Shown here in pieces: positions 36,670 to 49,167 of a stretch of DNA of 58,885 bases. Both the position numbers and the translations under genes were made by a program. Under the pieces are notes generated by a model. That model had not been told where the DNA came from, did no database searches, and saw only the letters and a list, made by a program, of their open reading frames with translations. Origin of the DNA: a virus (Duplodnaviria; Caudoviricetes); the IMG/VR virus record IMGVR_UViG_3300020123_000348, positions 1-58,885 of that record; one strand, 5' to 3'. Every line of letters begins with the position of its first letter. Position 1 is the stretch's first letter.

Positions 36670-36790
36670 ATGGGTCAATATTTACATTTAAGAAGTAAAA
36701 ATCCAAGATTGGAAAAAGTAAGATTGAAGTTATTGAAATTAGAAGTCAAAGATAGAAAAGAAAAAGAATTAAATGGTAATTTAAGAAACA

Positions 36791-37621
36791 ATGAAAGTCG
36801 AAATTCAAAATCCTCCAGATAATCTTCAGCCAACCGATCCGGGCTTTGAAGAAGGAAGTTTTGATAAATTCATTTGGGATAAGGGTTATCGAGTTATCCA
36901 TGAGAAAGTTCTACAATGTCCTTGTAAATCAGTTCGAGTAAATCAAAAATCAAGTTGTAGAAATTGCGGAGGCTCTGGTTGGATTTTCATTAATCCCGTT
37001 GAAACGAGAATGAGCATCAATGGGATGAATAAGGATACGACTTTCAAAGAATGGTCTCAAGAAAACAGAGGTACTGCTGGAATAACTTGTATGACTGATA
37101 TGACTCTTTGTTTTATGGATAAGATTACAATCGTTGAAAGTGAAAATTTATTCAATGAGGTTCGTCATTTTGTAAAAAGTGAAGATGATAAATTGTTCAC
37201 TTATTGTTCATATTTGATTAAGACAATAGAATATATAGGTTTGTATGTAGATGATGACTCAGCGTTGCAGATCCTTATAAAGGATGTAGATTATACAACA
37301 GATGGTTATCGTATTTATTTAGATGATTCTTATTTAGAAGATTATGTTGATGACAATACATATTCTATAACTGTAAGATATTATCATCAACCTCAATATT
37401 TAATCATTGATGCTAATCGTTCGGTAATGAATTCAAGAATAAGTTATGAAAGAGTTGAGAAAGAATTCAAATTACCGTTACATTACATAGGACGATTAGC
37501 AGCTTTTGTTTTAGATATGCCTAATATAGCTAATGACAGATTAATCAATAATTCATATATAGATGACAAATGTTCAAAGACAATAGTTGATGTAGATAAC
37601 TTTGCTCAAATATGTTCATAA
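36791..37621 (+). CDS. Head completion/neck protein with Zn site
   Basis: CPC..CRNCGGSGW motif typical of the second Herelleviridae neck protein. Confidence 0.75.
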   Translation: MKVEIQNPPDNLQPTDPGFEEGSFDKFIWDKGYRVIHEKVLQCPCKSVRVNQKSSCRNCGGSGWIFINPVETRMSINGMNKDTTFKEWSQENRGTAGITCMTDMTLCFMDKITIVESENLFNEVRHFVKSEDDKLFTYCSYLIKTIEYIGLYVDDDSALQILIKDVDYTTDGYRIYLDDSYLEDYVDDNTYSITVRYYHQPQYLIIDANRSVMNSRISYERVEKEFKLPLHYIGRLAAFVLDMPNIANDRLINNSYIDDKCSKTIVDVDNFAQICS

Positions 37622-37659
37622 ATTTTAGTAATTTTGCATAAACAATAAAATAAAAAACA

Positions 37660-38619
37660 ATGAGAAAAAATATAACTGACTATCCTGGCCTTGATGATTT
37701 TAAGGATTCAAACATTCAAAAATCTTATTCTACTCAAAGCATTGAAAAAGCTTCAAAAGGTTCTAAAAACAAAGAAGTAAATATTAAAGATATTTCTACA
37801 GCGGCTGAAGATATAAAATATAATGGTGATTATGGTCATCTTTTTTATCATCCAGAAAGAAAAGAAGTTTTTTGGAATGGAGCTGATGGAGATGATGAAA
37901 ATGAAGGATATTCTTCTTGTGATGAAATTAAAAAATTATTAAAAATAGAAGGAGTTAATAAAGTTCATATTGAATCAGAAGCAAATCCAAATTTAGAAGA
38001 TGGTTGGGAAAAAGTAGAGTTTGATAGAAATAAAAATAAAAAGTTTTTAAAAGATAAAAAAGAAAACTCAAACATCAAAAAATCTTCAATAACTGAAACC
38101 GAAGCTTTCAACATCCTCAACATAGATACTGTGAAGGGAGAGAAAGTTATTGTAAAAAAAAATAAAGTTGAAAATAAAGATGAAATTCAAAAATCAGAAA
38201 TCTTCTACGCCTTTAATAGTTCATTATCGGGATTAAAAGAATCAAATTCATCGGGAGCTTTATTATTCAAAAAAACAGGAAGTGAATTAAAGTCATTGGT
38301 GATTGCTAAAAGAGATTCTTTACAAAGTCAATGTAGTGAAATTCAAGAAAAAATCTTAACCGTAAAGACAAAGTTAGAAGAAGCCGGTGTTGAGTTTACA
38401 AAGAACTTCAATAAAATGGAAGCTACTGAAAAGCCAGTTTATTCTTATAATGACACTGATACGACAAAGATGAGTTTGATAAATGAATGGTCAGATTATA
38501 ACTATACTTGTCGCTCAAATAAAGAAGACATGAAGATCTTGAATGTCTTGATAAATAATTTAAGCGATAAAGAAAAATATACTTTGAATGCTCAACAACT
38601 TTCATTGTTAGAAGTTTAA
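37660..38619 (+). CDS. Candidate internal head protein
   Basis: IQKS, IEKA, IKKS, IQKS motifs and EAFNILNID; own class B promoter 37626-37638. Confidence 0.6.
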   Translation: MRKNITDYPGLDDFKDSNIQKSYSTQSIEKASKGSKNKEVNIKDISTAAEDIKYNGDYGHLFYHPERKEVFWNGADGDDENEGYSSCDEIKKLLKIEGVNKVHIESEANPNLEDGWEKVEFDRNKNKKFLKDKKENSNIKKSSITETEAFNILNIDTVKGEKVIVKKNKVENKDEIQKSEIFYAFNSSLSGLKESNSSGALLFKKTGSELKSLVIAKRDSLQSQCSEIQEKILTVKTKLEEAGVEFTKNFNKMEATEKPVYSYNDTDTTKMSLINEWSDYNYTCRSNKEDMKILNVLINNLSDKEKYTLNAQQLSLLEV

Positions 38620-38620
38620 T

Positions 38621-39433
38621 GTGGAAATTTTTATCGACACTCAGCAAGTACGAGATGCTTTCAATGTTTCAGAAGAGCAAGTTGGAAACATCATAGATGG
38701 TGTTATAAAAAATATCACCTTAAGTTATGCTGCAAGATTATCAAGATTAGCTGGTGAAGAATTAAAATCCACGAGAGGAAGATTTCAAAAAGCAATTCAA
38801 GTTTTAGACGAGGGAAGATTTAAAGGAGCAATTTTATTGTCTTACGAAGATCCAATGGTAAGAATGATTGAAGAAGGACAGCCGGCTTTTGATGAAAAAT
38901 ACTTTTTTGAAAATTCACATAAAAAACATTATAAAAAAGACGGTTTAGGTTGGTGGCTCACCATTCCAATGTCAAAAGGGACTCCAGATGCTGTAGGTGA
39001 ATCAGATCCATTTTCATCAATAATGCCAGATGAGGTTTATCAACAAGTAAAAAATAAGCCAACTGATATACCAACAACTACAGGAATGAGAAGCTCTGGA
39101 TTAGCTTTATCAGATATTCCAACTCCATTTGATATTCCAAAGACGAGAAAAGCAATTGAAGCGACACCAACAAATTCTCGTTATGGAGAATATGTAAATA
39201 AGACAAGTATTTATGCTGGAATAATAAAAGTACAAGATGCAGTAACTGGACAAAATACATATATCTCATTTAGAAGAGTAAGTGATAAATCAGATCCAAA
39301 TTCGTGGATATATCCGGGTATCGAAAAACATGATTTAACTGGAAAAGCAATGGTTGAGTTAGAAAGTCATTTAGAAGAAGAACTTCAATCAGCAACAAAT
39401 GAAATCTTAAATCAATTAGGAATAACAGAATAA
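38621..39433 (+). CDS. Tail completion/neck protein
   Basis: MIEEGQPAFDEK..WLTIP..YISFRRVSDKSDPNSWIYPG motif; synteny. Confidence 0.72.
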   Translation: MEIFIDTQQVRDAFNVSEEQVGNIIDGVIKNITLSYAARLSRLAGEELKSTRGRFQKAIQVLDEGRFKGAILLSYEDPMVRMIEEGQPAFDEKYFFENSHKKHYKKDGLGWWLTIPMSKGTPDAVGESDPFSSIMPDEVYQQVKNKPTDIPTTTGMRSSGLALSDIPTPFDIPKTRKAIEATPTNSRYGEYVNKTSIYAGIIKVQDAVTGQNTYISFRRVSDKSDPNSWIYPGIEKHDLTGKAMVELESHLEEELQSATNEILNQLGITE

Positions 39434-39439
39434 GAAACG

Positions 39440-40171
39440 ATGCCAGATACACAATATATACCGCCGTTGATAATACCTGAAGTAGTTTTCTTCAATCATC
39501 TTAAAACGATTCTAAAGATGATTAGGGATGATTATAACGACAACCTTAGTGATACTACTAAGACAATCTTATATAAGACATTCTATCAATCCGGTGCACT
39601 TGAAAAATTCTCGTTTTATGAGCAATTGGTGAAAATATTAATAACGAAAAAAGACAATCCTCGAACATTTGATTTTTCATTAGGATTCAATATGGAAAAA
39701 TCAACGATTCCTCATTTACATATAACGTTACCAAATGAAAACTCTAGTGGAAATGGAATTGGTTTAGATGAAGGGCAATATGATGAAATCTTTGATGATG
39801 AAGCTCAAGCTTACCATAAGATTTATACGAGACGATTCGATTCACAATATAACTTTACGATAACAAGCGATAATATGAATGAGGTAATTGTTCTCTATCA
39901 TTTTATGAGAACCATTTTCATTCAAATGATAGATTCAATGAATCAATTTGGAATTGAGAAAATTCAAATAAGTGGACGAGATATTCAATTAAATAGTTCA
40001 TTAGCTCCAAATGTGTTTACAAGAAACATTGCTTTATCATTTAGTTATGAAGTTTCTGTTCAAGATTTGCCAGCAATTGATTTTATTACAAAGTTGATAT
40101 TTGAAATGGATCCTCCAACGATAAGTGATAGTGAAGTAGATGAAAGTCAATCTCTTATTTTAGAAAGCTAA
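39440..40171 (+). CDS. Tail terminator-like protein
   Basis: Synteny before the sheath; 243 aa; PHLHITLPNE. Confidence 0.62.
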   Translation: MPDTQYIPPLIIPEVVFFNHLKTILKMIRDDYNDNLSDTTKTILYKTFYQSGALEKFSFYEQLVKILITKKDNPRTFDFSLGFNMEKSTIPHLHITLPNENSSGNGIGLDEGQYDEIFDDEAQAYHKIYTRRFDSQYNFTITSDNMNEVIVLYHFMRTIFIQMIDSMNQFGIEKIQISGRDIQLNSSLAPNVFTRNIALSFSYEVSVQDLPAIDFITKLIFEMDPPTISDSEVDESQSLILES

Positions 40172-40178
40172 TTTTACA

Positions 40179-40865
40179 ATGGGAAAGATAGTTACGAATA
40201 AATTTCCATTAAATAAGCTCATCAAAGAATTGACTTTGATGATAGAGAAAAATCCAGGTGGAGACAAAGGGATTCCATTTTTCACAAAAGAATTAGCAAA
40301 GATTCTTAAAAGTTATTTTCAAAATAAGCATTCATTAATAAGTTCAATTGTAGATCCACCTGATTATGAATTTGATGGAGAATTTGTTGGGCAGTTTTTA
40401 TTGAATGTTCATAACTATAATCTTTGGCAATATCAGACAAACAATAAAATTGATTCATGGATATTTATTTGCAACGTTAATAATTCAGGAGGAAGTACAA
40501 CAACTAACTATTTTGATTTAGTTTTTACAGCAAGTGAAGATATTTCTCAATATGATATAGTTACTCAAAATGGTTATATTGCAGATTCAACAAGTACAGA
40601 TCAAGAAAATATTATAGCAGGAATGAGTTTATATGACGTTGCAAGTGGTGATAAAGGAATAGTGAGAGTTTATGGCGAAATATCAGATTCATCTTGGTCA
40701 TGGGATATAACAAAACCAATATGGATAAATGGAACATCAATTTCTCAATTACCTCCAGATTTTGTGAATGATGATACACAAAAATGGATTAAGATAATAG
40801 CTAAAGTATATGAACCAACAAGGATTTGTATAGTTGATGGTGGAATAGTAGAAGTCAATAGGTAA
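40179..40865 (+). CDS. Virion protein with capsid-cement/fibre-anchor (DUF2190-like) C-terminus
   Basis: ASEDISQYDIV..IAGMSLYDVASGDKGIVRVYGEISDSSWSW. Confidence 0.5.
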   Translation: MGKIVTNKFPLNKLIKELTLMIEKNPGGDKGIPFFTKELAKILKSYFQNKHSLISSIVDPPDYEFDGEFVGQFLLNVHNYNLWQYQTNNKIDSWIFICNVNNSGGSTTTNYFDLVFTASEDISQYDIVTQNGYIADSTSTDQENIIAGMSLYDVASGDKGIVRVYGEISDSSWSWDITKPIWINGTSISQLPPDFVNDDTQKWIKIIAKVYEPTRICIVDGGIVEVNR

Positions 40866-40889
40866 AAGTAAATTTGTAAATTTGCATTA

Positions 40890-43979
<3,090 letters not shown>

Positions 43980-43981
43980 CA

Positions 43982-44143
43982 ATGGAAGAAAAACAACAAT
44001 TACTAAACGAAAATGCCGCCATTGAAGTGGCGATTGAAATCTTGCAGAAACAAATCGCTGCGAACCTTACTAAAGTGGTGGCGATTGAAAAGCAACTGCC
44101 TGATGGGAAGTCAATAACTAATCCGCCAGCATCTATGACTTAA
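43982..44143 (+). CDS. Small coiled-coil protein, possible fibre chaperone (not in ORF track)
   Basis: 53 aa MEEKQQLLNENAAIEVAIEILQKQIAANL..., starts 2 nt after the fibre stop. Confidence 0.5.
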   Translation: MEEKQQLLNENAAIEVAIEILQKQIAANLTKVVAIEKQLPDGKSITNPPASMT

Positions 44144-44461
44144 TCTTATATTTGCGCCATGAAAACAGGACAAAAGTATTTCAGAAAGTTCATGTACCAA
44201 GATTGTAATATATGGAAGGTGATTGACACCGAAACGGACAAGGAATTGTATAGCGGGACTTCAAAGGAGGATGCTATGAGTGAACTATTAAATATTCAAT
44301 AATGAAAAAGAGTAAATTTATAGGGGAGTATTTGGATCGCAAGATGAATAATCACGGATTACCTTACGTCATGGAATACTTGAATCTATTGTATAAAATG
44401 GAAGCTAAGGCGGAAAGAAAATGGTTAAAACTAACTAAATAATAAATAACTAAAAAATATT

Positions 44462-44827
44462 ATGACTTTAGAAGACAAAGTAGATATTTGTTTACAACAA
44501 AATACAAAAATACTTTTAATAGTAGGTGGTGATTTAGAAACAAATTCTAAAGGTGTTGTACAAAGACTTGATGAACATGAAAATAAAGACGAACTTATAC
44601 ATAAAGAATTTTCTGAATTTAAAAGTGATGTAAAAAGTAATATGAACTTTATTAAAGGTGCATCTTGGATGATTGGTTTGTTATTTATAGCAAGTACAAC
44701 AATAATTACATTAAGATTCAATTCAATTAAAAATTCTCAAGAAGCTTTAATAAAGCAACATGATACCATTGTTGTTAAACAATATATTCCATTTGATTTT
44801 AGAAGAGCTACGGATGCAGAAGAATAA
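44462..44827 (+). CDS. Coiled-coil plus single-TM membrane protein (holin/XhlA-like candidate)
   Basis: GVVQRLDEHE coiled coil followed by GASWMIGLLFIASTTIITL. Confidence 0.5.
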   Translation: MTLEDKVDICLQQNTKILLIVGGDLETNSKGVVQRLDEHENKDELIHKEFSEFKSDVKSNMNFIKGASWMIGLLFIASTTIITLRFNSIKNSQEALIKQHDTIVVKQYIPFDFRRATDAEE

Positions 44828-44920
44828 TAAAAAGTTTTTATTTTTATTTAAAAGTTAAAAAACATAAAAAAGTTTAAAATAAGTAATTTTGCAATATAAA
44901 ATAAGTAAAAAGAAATTAAA

Positions 44921-46582
44921 ATGGCAACACAACATATATTTGGTGGAAAAGTAATAACAATTCCAGATGTTTATTCTCAAATTTTAAGTGGTTTTAAAAA
45001 TCCCCCAAGCGATGTTGATTATGGACACGTACTTATTATTGATACAGGTTCGGGAGCAGGTGGTGGTGGAGGAGCGGGAATAGCTGGAACATTATCAAGC
45101 GGAACCGATGCTGTTTATGGTTTTGATAATATTGATGACTTTAAAAATTTTATTGAAAAAAATTTTTGGTACTTACTTGCAAAACCATTGTTTGAACCAT
45201 TAACAGAAAATCAAATCAAACAACCGGGAGTCTCTAAAATAACTTTTATAAAAGCAGCAACGACTGTGCCGGCATCAATGACATTTCATCCAACCGGTGA
45301 TTTTTCAGATTCAATGGGATATGCTGGAACTATTATTATCAAAGTAAGAAACGAAGGTTTAGTTGGAAATGGAGCTCTGAATACCAATTCAGAATTAAGC
45401 CGAGGTTATGCTTTTAAAGTAAAAGCTGGAATAGTTGATTCAACTAAATTCATCATGAATTTTTATCGTGGAACATTCAGAGGTTTAGATCAAAACAACA
45501 ATCCAATTGGAGGAATCGCAGAAGCAGATACAACAGCTCAATTACTTTGCCAGTCAGATGAATTTGCAACATTAGCAGAATTAGTAACCTGGATGGAATC
45601 ATCAACTGATTTCGGAACATATTTTTATTACGATTCTGCAAACAGTTCAGTTACTCACAGAGGTTATGTTGATGCAGATGTTTTGGTTGATTATCTGGAT
45701 TATACACTTGCATCAGGCGGAACTGAATCATACACCGCAGATGATTTAACTGCTGCTTTATTAGCTGTGAAAAAATTACCTTGTGATTTTATATTCTGTG
45801 ACAAATACGGTTCAAATTCATATCACGCTAATAACTTAGCAATTGTTGATGCTGCACAAAACGATATGAAATTTAAACCACAGGTTTATATTGCAAGTGG
45901 AAGCACAAAAGCACAGTTTACAGCCAATTCAATAGTTGATGCTCAAGCCTACGACAGTCAGCAAGTCACAATCTGTCACGGTGGATCGAGAATCTCAAAT
46001 AGAGCGAGTTCAATTGGATATTATCAATTCGATTCGTATTATACAGCAGCCATTGCTCTTGGCCGTGAAGCTGGATTATTTCCGTCAAAACCAATAACTT
46101 TTAAAAACATCTCAGTTAATGGATTACAACATGTATTAAACGAGACAGAAGAAAAACAAGCGTTAAAATATGGCGTATTAACAGTGCGTCCAGATGCAGG
46201 TGTTTTTGAATGTATTAAGGATGTAAATACACTTCAAAACAATCTTTATTTACAAAATTCTGATGGATCAACTGCAAATAAACAGTTATATCGTATTTGT
46301 GCTTATTTGAATAAGTTGATTATGATTCGCGCTAAAGCAGAACTTTTAAAAGATAAAAACGGAACAAATAGGAATACACTCTCTGAAAGTGACGTGAATC
46401 AGTGGCTTAAGAGACTATTAAAATCCGTTCAAGCAACTCCAACTCAAGATAATATTATTCTTAGTTTTGAAGATCCAATTACAACTCGAGAATCAGATGC
46501 TTATTTTTCTAATTACCGTTTCATTCCAAACACTGAAATAGCGTTCCTTTTCTTCACTGGTTCAACTATTGAGATTAATTAA
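44921..46582 (+). CDS. Tail sheath protein
   Basis: 553 aa; IPDVYS N-terminus, AAIALG..PITFK, ALKYGVL, DVNTLQ; upstream of the tube gene. Confidence 0.9.
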   Translation: MATQHIFGGKVITIPDVYSQILSGFKNPPSDVDYGHVLIIDTGSGAGGGGGAGIAGTLSSGTDAVYGFDNIDDFKNFIEKNFWYLLAKPLFEPLTENQIKQPGVSKITFIKAATTVPASMTFHPTGDFSDSMGYAGTIIIKVRNEGLVGNGALNTNSELSRGYAFKVKAGIVDSTKFIMNFYRGTFRGLDQNNNPIGGIAEADTTAQLLCQSDEFATLAELVTWMESSTDFGTYFYYDSANSSVTHRGYVDADVLVDYLDYTLASGGTESYTADDLTAALLAVKKLPCDFIFCDKYGSNSYHANNLAIVDAAQNDMKFKPQVYIASGSTKAQFTANSIVDAQAYDSQQVTICHGGSRISNRASSIGYYQFDSYYTAAIALGREAGLFPSKPITFKNISVNGLQHVLNETEEKQALKYGVLTVRPDAGVFECIKDVNTLQNNLYLQNSDGSTANKQLYRICAYLNKLIMIRAKAELLKDKNGTNRNTLSESDVNQWLKRLLKSVQATPTQDNIILSFEDPITTRESDAYFSNYRFIPNTEIAFLFFTGSTIEIN

Positions 46583-47436
46583 TGTATGGTTATATTTATA
46601 TAACGATTTGTATAGTTAATAAAACTATTTATATTGGTCAGCATAAAGCTAAACAATATAATCCTAAATATTTGGGATCTGGAACTATTTTATGGAATGC
46701 TATTAATAAACATGGATGTGAAAATTTTGAGAACACTCAAATTGATGTAGCTTCTTCTAAAGAAGAACTTAGTAAAAAAGAAATTTCTTGGATTTCATAT
46801 TTTCGTAATAATGGTTTTATAATGTATAATATCTCAACTGGAGGAGAATGGGGTGATAATTTTACAAATCATCCAAACAAAGAAATTTATAGAGAAAATA
46901 TTAGCAAAGGTTTAAAAGATTCTGAAGAATTTCAAACAACAGTTAGATCTCCGAAAAGAAGAAAAAATGTAAGTGATGGAATGAAAAATTCTGAAAAATG
47001 GAAACTTTCTCATAATACAAAAGAATATAAAGAAAAATCAAGTAAAGCTTTAACTGGAATTGAACGTAAAAAAGGAACCTGTATTTATTGTGGAAAAACA
47101 ATGCTAATGAGTTTATTAATTCAATTTCATAATGATCATTGTTATCACAATCCACTTATTAATATTGAAGCAGAAAGATTAAGACGTAAACCTAAAAAAG
47201 AAACTTTAGAAAAAAGAAGCAAATCTTTAAAATTAGTTAAAAGAACTAAAGAATGGAATGAAAAAATAGGTCTTGGTAATGTTGGAAAAAATCCTACAAT
47301 TGAAACAAGAAAGAAAATGTCAGAAAAAGCAAAATTAAGAAAAAGAAAACCTTTTACTAAAGAACATCTTAAAAACTTAAGTATTGCTGCAATTAAAAGA
47401 GAAAGAAAAAAGAAAGAACTAAAATTAGCATCTTAA
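46582..47436 (+). CDS. Free-standing GIY-YIG homing endonuclease (paralog of 6548-7510)
   Basis: GYIYIT..IYIGQH..YLGSG..YNISTGG; NUMOD3-like ETRKKMSE; CIYC..H..C. Confidence 0.9.
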   Translation: MYGYIYITICIVNKTIYIGQHKAKQYNPKYLGSGTILWNAINKHGCENFENTQIDVASSKEELSKKEISWISYFRNNGFIMYNISTGGEWGDNFTNHPNKEIYRENISKGLKDSEEFQTTVRSPKRRKNVSDGMKNSEKWKLSHNTKEYKEKSSKALTGIERKKGTCIYCGKTMLMSLLIQFHNDHCYHNPLINIEAERLRRKPKKETLEKRSKSLKLVKRTKEWNEKIGLGNVGKNPTIETRKKMSEKAKLRKRKPFTKEHLKNLSIAAIKRERKKKELKLAS

Positions 47437-47451
47437 TAAAAATAAAATAAT

Positions 47452-47979
47452 ATGGCAGCTATAGATTTAAAAACATTCACGGGGGCACTTGGAATCATAA
47501 AAATTAATGGAGTTCCAGTAGGAAAATGTAGGGATTTGAGAATTTCAGAAAATTTTCAACGAGTTCCTGTAAGTAAAGGTATAGGGTCAATTTACAAAGA
47601 TGAAATTTGTGTAATTGGTTTTATGGGATCAGTGACTATGGATTTCATAGAAATATCTTTTGGAAAAAGCGGGGTGACCGATGCACTCAAGCGAGCATTA
47701 TTTACAGCTTCAAGTTTAGCATCGCAGGTTGCTACAGGTAATTTTGCATCTAATTTTGAAGATCAGTTACTTTTGGATGATGTGGGCGTAGCTTTAGACG
47801 TATATAAAAAAATCTCAGATGTGCAATATTCTGGGCAGGGTTTGATCATCCCTGATGCTGGAATTTATTGTTCAATAAGTAAATTGTTTATTGAAGGTGA
47901 TTCAGTAAATATAAGTGACGGTGGAGTGACGGGAAGAAATCAGACATTTCAATATTTAGATCCATTGGTCATTAAGTAA
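47452..47979 (+). CDS. Tail tube protein
   Basis: FTGALGIIKING..PVSKGIGSIY..E..FQYLDP; follows the sheath. Confidence 0.82.
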   Translation: MAAIDLKTFTGALGIIKINGVPVGKCRDLRISENFQRVPVSKGIGSIYKDEICVIGFMGSVTMDFIEISFGKSGVTDALKRALFTASSLASQVATGNFASNFEDQLLLDDVGVALDVYKKISDVQYSGQGLIIPDAGIYCSISKLFIEGDSVNISDGGVTGRNQTFQYLDPLVIK

Positions 47980-48026
47980 AAAGTAAAAGCATTTCTTAAC
48001 TATATATTAATTTTCTAAACAAGGGT

Positions 48027-48062
48027 GGGAGAGCTTCAAGTCACATTGAAGCTTTTCTTTTT
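48027..48062 (+). terminator. Intrinsic terminator after the tube gene
   Basis: GGGAGAGCTTCAA-gtcaca-TTGAAGCTTTTCT plus T tract. Confidence 0.78.
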
Positions 48063-48094
48063 ATATATGAAAATTTTAGTAATTTTACATTATA

Positions 48095-48328
48095 ATGAAA
48101 TCGCATATCCCCATATCTACCAAGAACCTTGTTTTAGGTTTCATCTTATCTTTGTTAGCTCCATTCATAACAATAGAGATCAATCATTTCTCTCAGAAAG
48201 ACAATATCATACAATCTGAAAAAGAAGTGAAAGCTCATGGTGACACACTACATGCTGAACGCTATTATATGGAGAAAGATTTACAAGATTCATTGAATAC
48301 ATTATTAGAATTAATAAGAAGCAAGTAA
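48095..48328 (+). CDS. Small membrane protein
   Basis: Hydrophobic N-terminal helix. Confidence 0.5.
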   Translation: MKSHIPISTKNLVLGFILSLLAPFITIEINHFSQKDNIIQSEKEVKAHGDTLHAERYYMEKDLQDSLNTLLELIRSK

Positions 48329-48462
48329 TGGAAAATTGCCAGCATGAATTTGTAGTCATATCAACTTTGCATAAGAAATGCAAATATTGTGGTCTGATAA
48401 AAGATAATCAAAGACATTTAGAAACATTATTTAGAAAATTAATAATTAAAAAATAAATAGAA

Positions 48463-48867
48463 ATGCAAGAAGAAGTAAAAACAGAAAAGAAGATGCCATT
48501 GAGAAAAATGACATTCAAGATTGAACAAAACTCTTATGAAGTTGAGTTTCCAAACACCGGCGGTTTGATTGAGATTGAGGTATTGAAGGCTCAGTTAAGT
48601 AGAAACCAGTATCAAGCAATATCGCAATCAGGCTCAACAGGACTTTACAGCAAATTCATTATAGACATGATTGCTACATTTACAGTGTTGTTTCCTCAAT
48701 TAAAAAAGGACTTGAATGTAAAAACAATCAGTGAATTGCATCCATTAGAAACTAAGAAATTGTTGAAAATTTATTTGAATTCTGTACTTCCATGGCTTCA
48801 AGAATGGGAAGAGATTCTTAATTCAGATGATGAAGAAACAGAAAACAAAAAAGAAAGTAATTCATAA
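48463..48867 (+). CDS. Tail assembly chaperone
   Basis: 134 aa between tube and tape measure genes; acidic C-terminus. Confidence 0.68.
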   Translation: MQEEVKTEKKMPLRKMTFKIEQNSYEVEFPNTGGLIEIEVLKAQLSRNQYQAISQSGSTGLYSKFIIDMIATFTVLFPQLKKDLNVKTISELHPLETKKLLKIYLNSVLPWLQEWEEILNSDDEETENKKESNS

Positions 48868-48870
48868 GAT

Positions 48871-49167
48871 GTGGAACTCAATACGCAAGAGAAGTTTCTT
48901 ATCGAGTGGAATAATCGTTTTCCTATGGACAGAGCATACCGCAAAAAACACGGTATCACATTTGGGAGCAAAGAGCACCGAGAGCTCAACCAAATTGATA
49001 TTTATTTAGATGCACTGGAAGACAGATTATTTGAAAAATTGATTTCTATATATCAGAATGAAAAAAATGATCAGGATGCATACAAGAATGATGGAATTTG
49101 GCTTAAGGAGAATAATGGTGTTGGTACCAAAGAGTTTGACCAATTATTTGATGATATAAAGTTCTAA
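48871..49167 (+). CDS. Second tail assembly chaperone segment
   Basis: WNNRFPMDRAYRKKHGITFGSKEHR; directly precedes the tape measure gene (TAATG). Confidence 0.62.
   Translation: MELNTQEKFLIEWNNRFPMDRAYRKKHGITFGSKEHRELNQIDIYLDALEDRLFEKLISIYQNEKNDQDAYKNDGIWLKENNGVGTKEFDQLFDDIKF

Noticed and set aside
44921-46582. xxK[AS] motifs in the sheath (FIKA, LLKS) and in ORF 20217 (IEKS) as cleavage sites
   Set aside because: Isolated hits are expected in a Lys-rich proteome; they lack clustering and the accompanying tags, so they are treated as background.
48841-48867. -1 slippery site (CAAAAAAG) in the tail chaperone
   Set aside because: The -1 frame stops within a few codons, and the downstream chaperone ORF is in frame 0.
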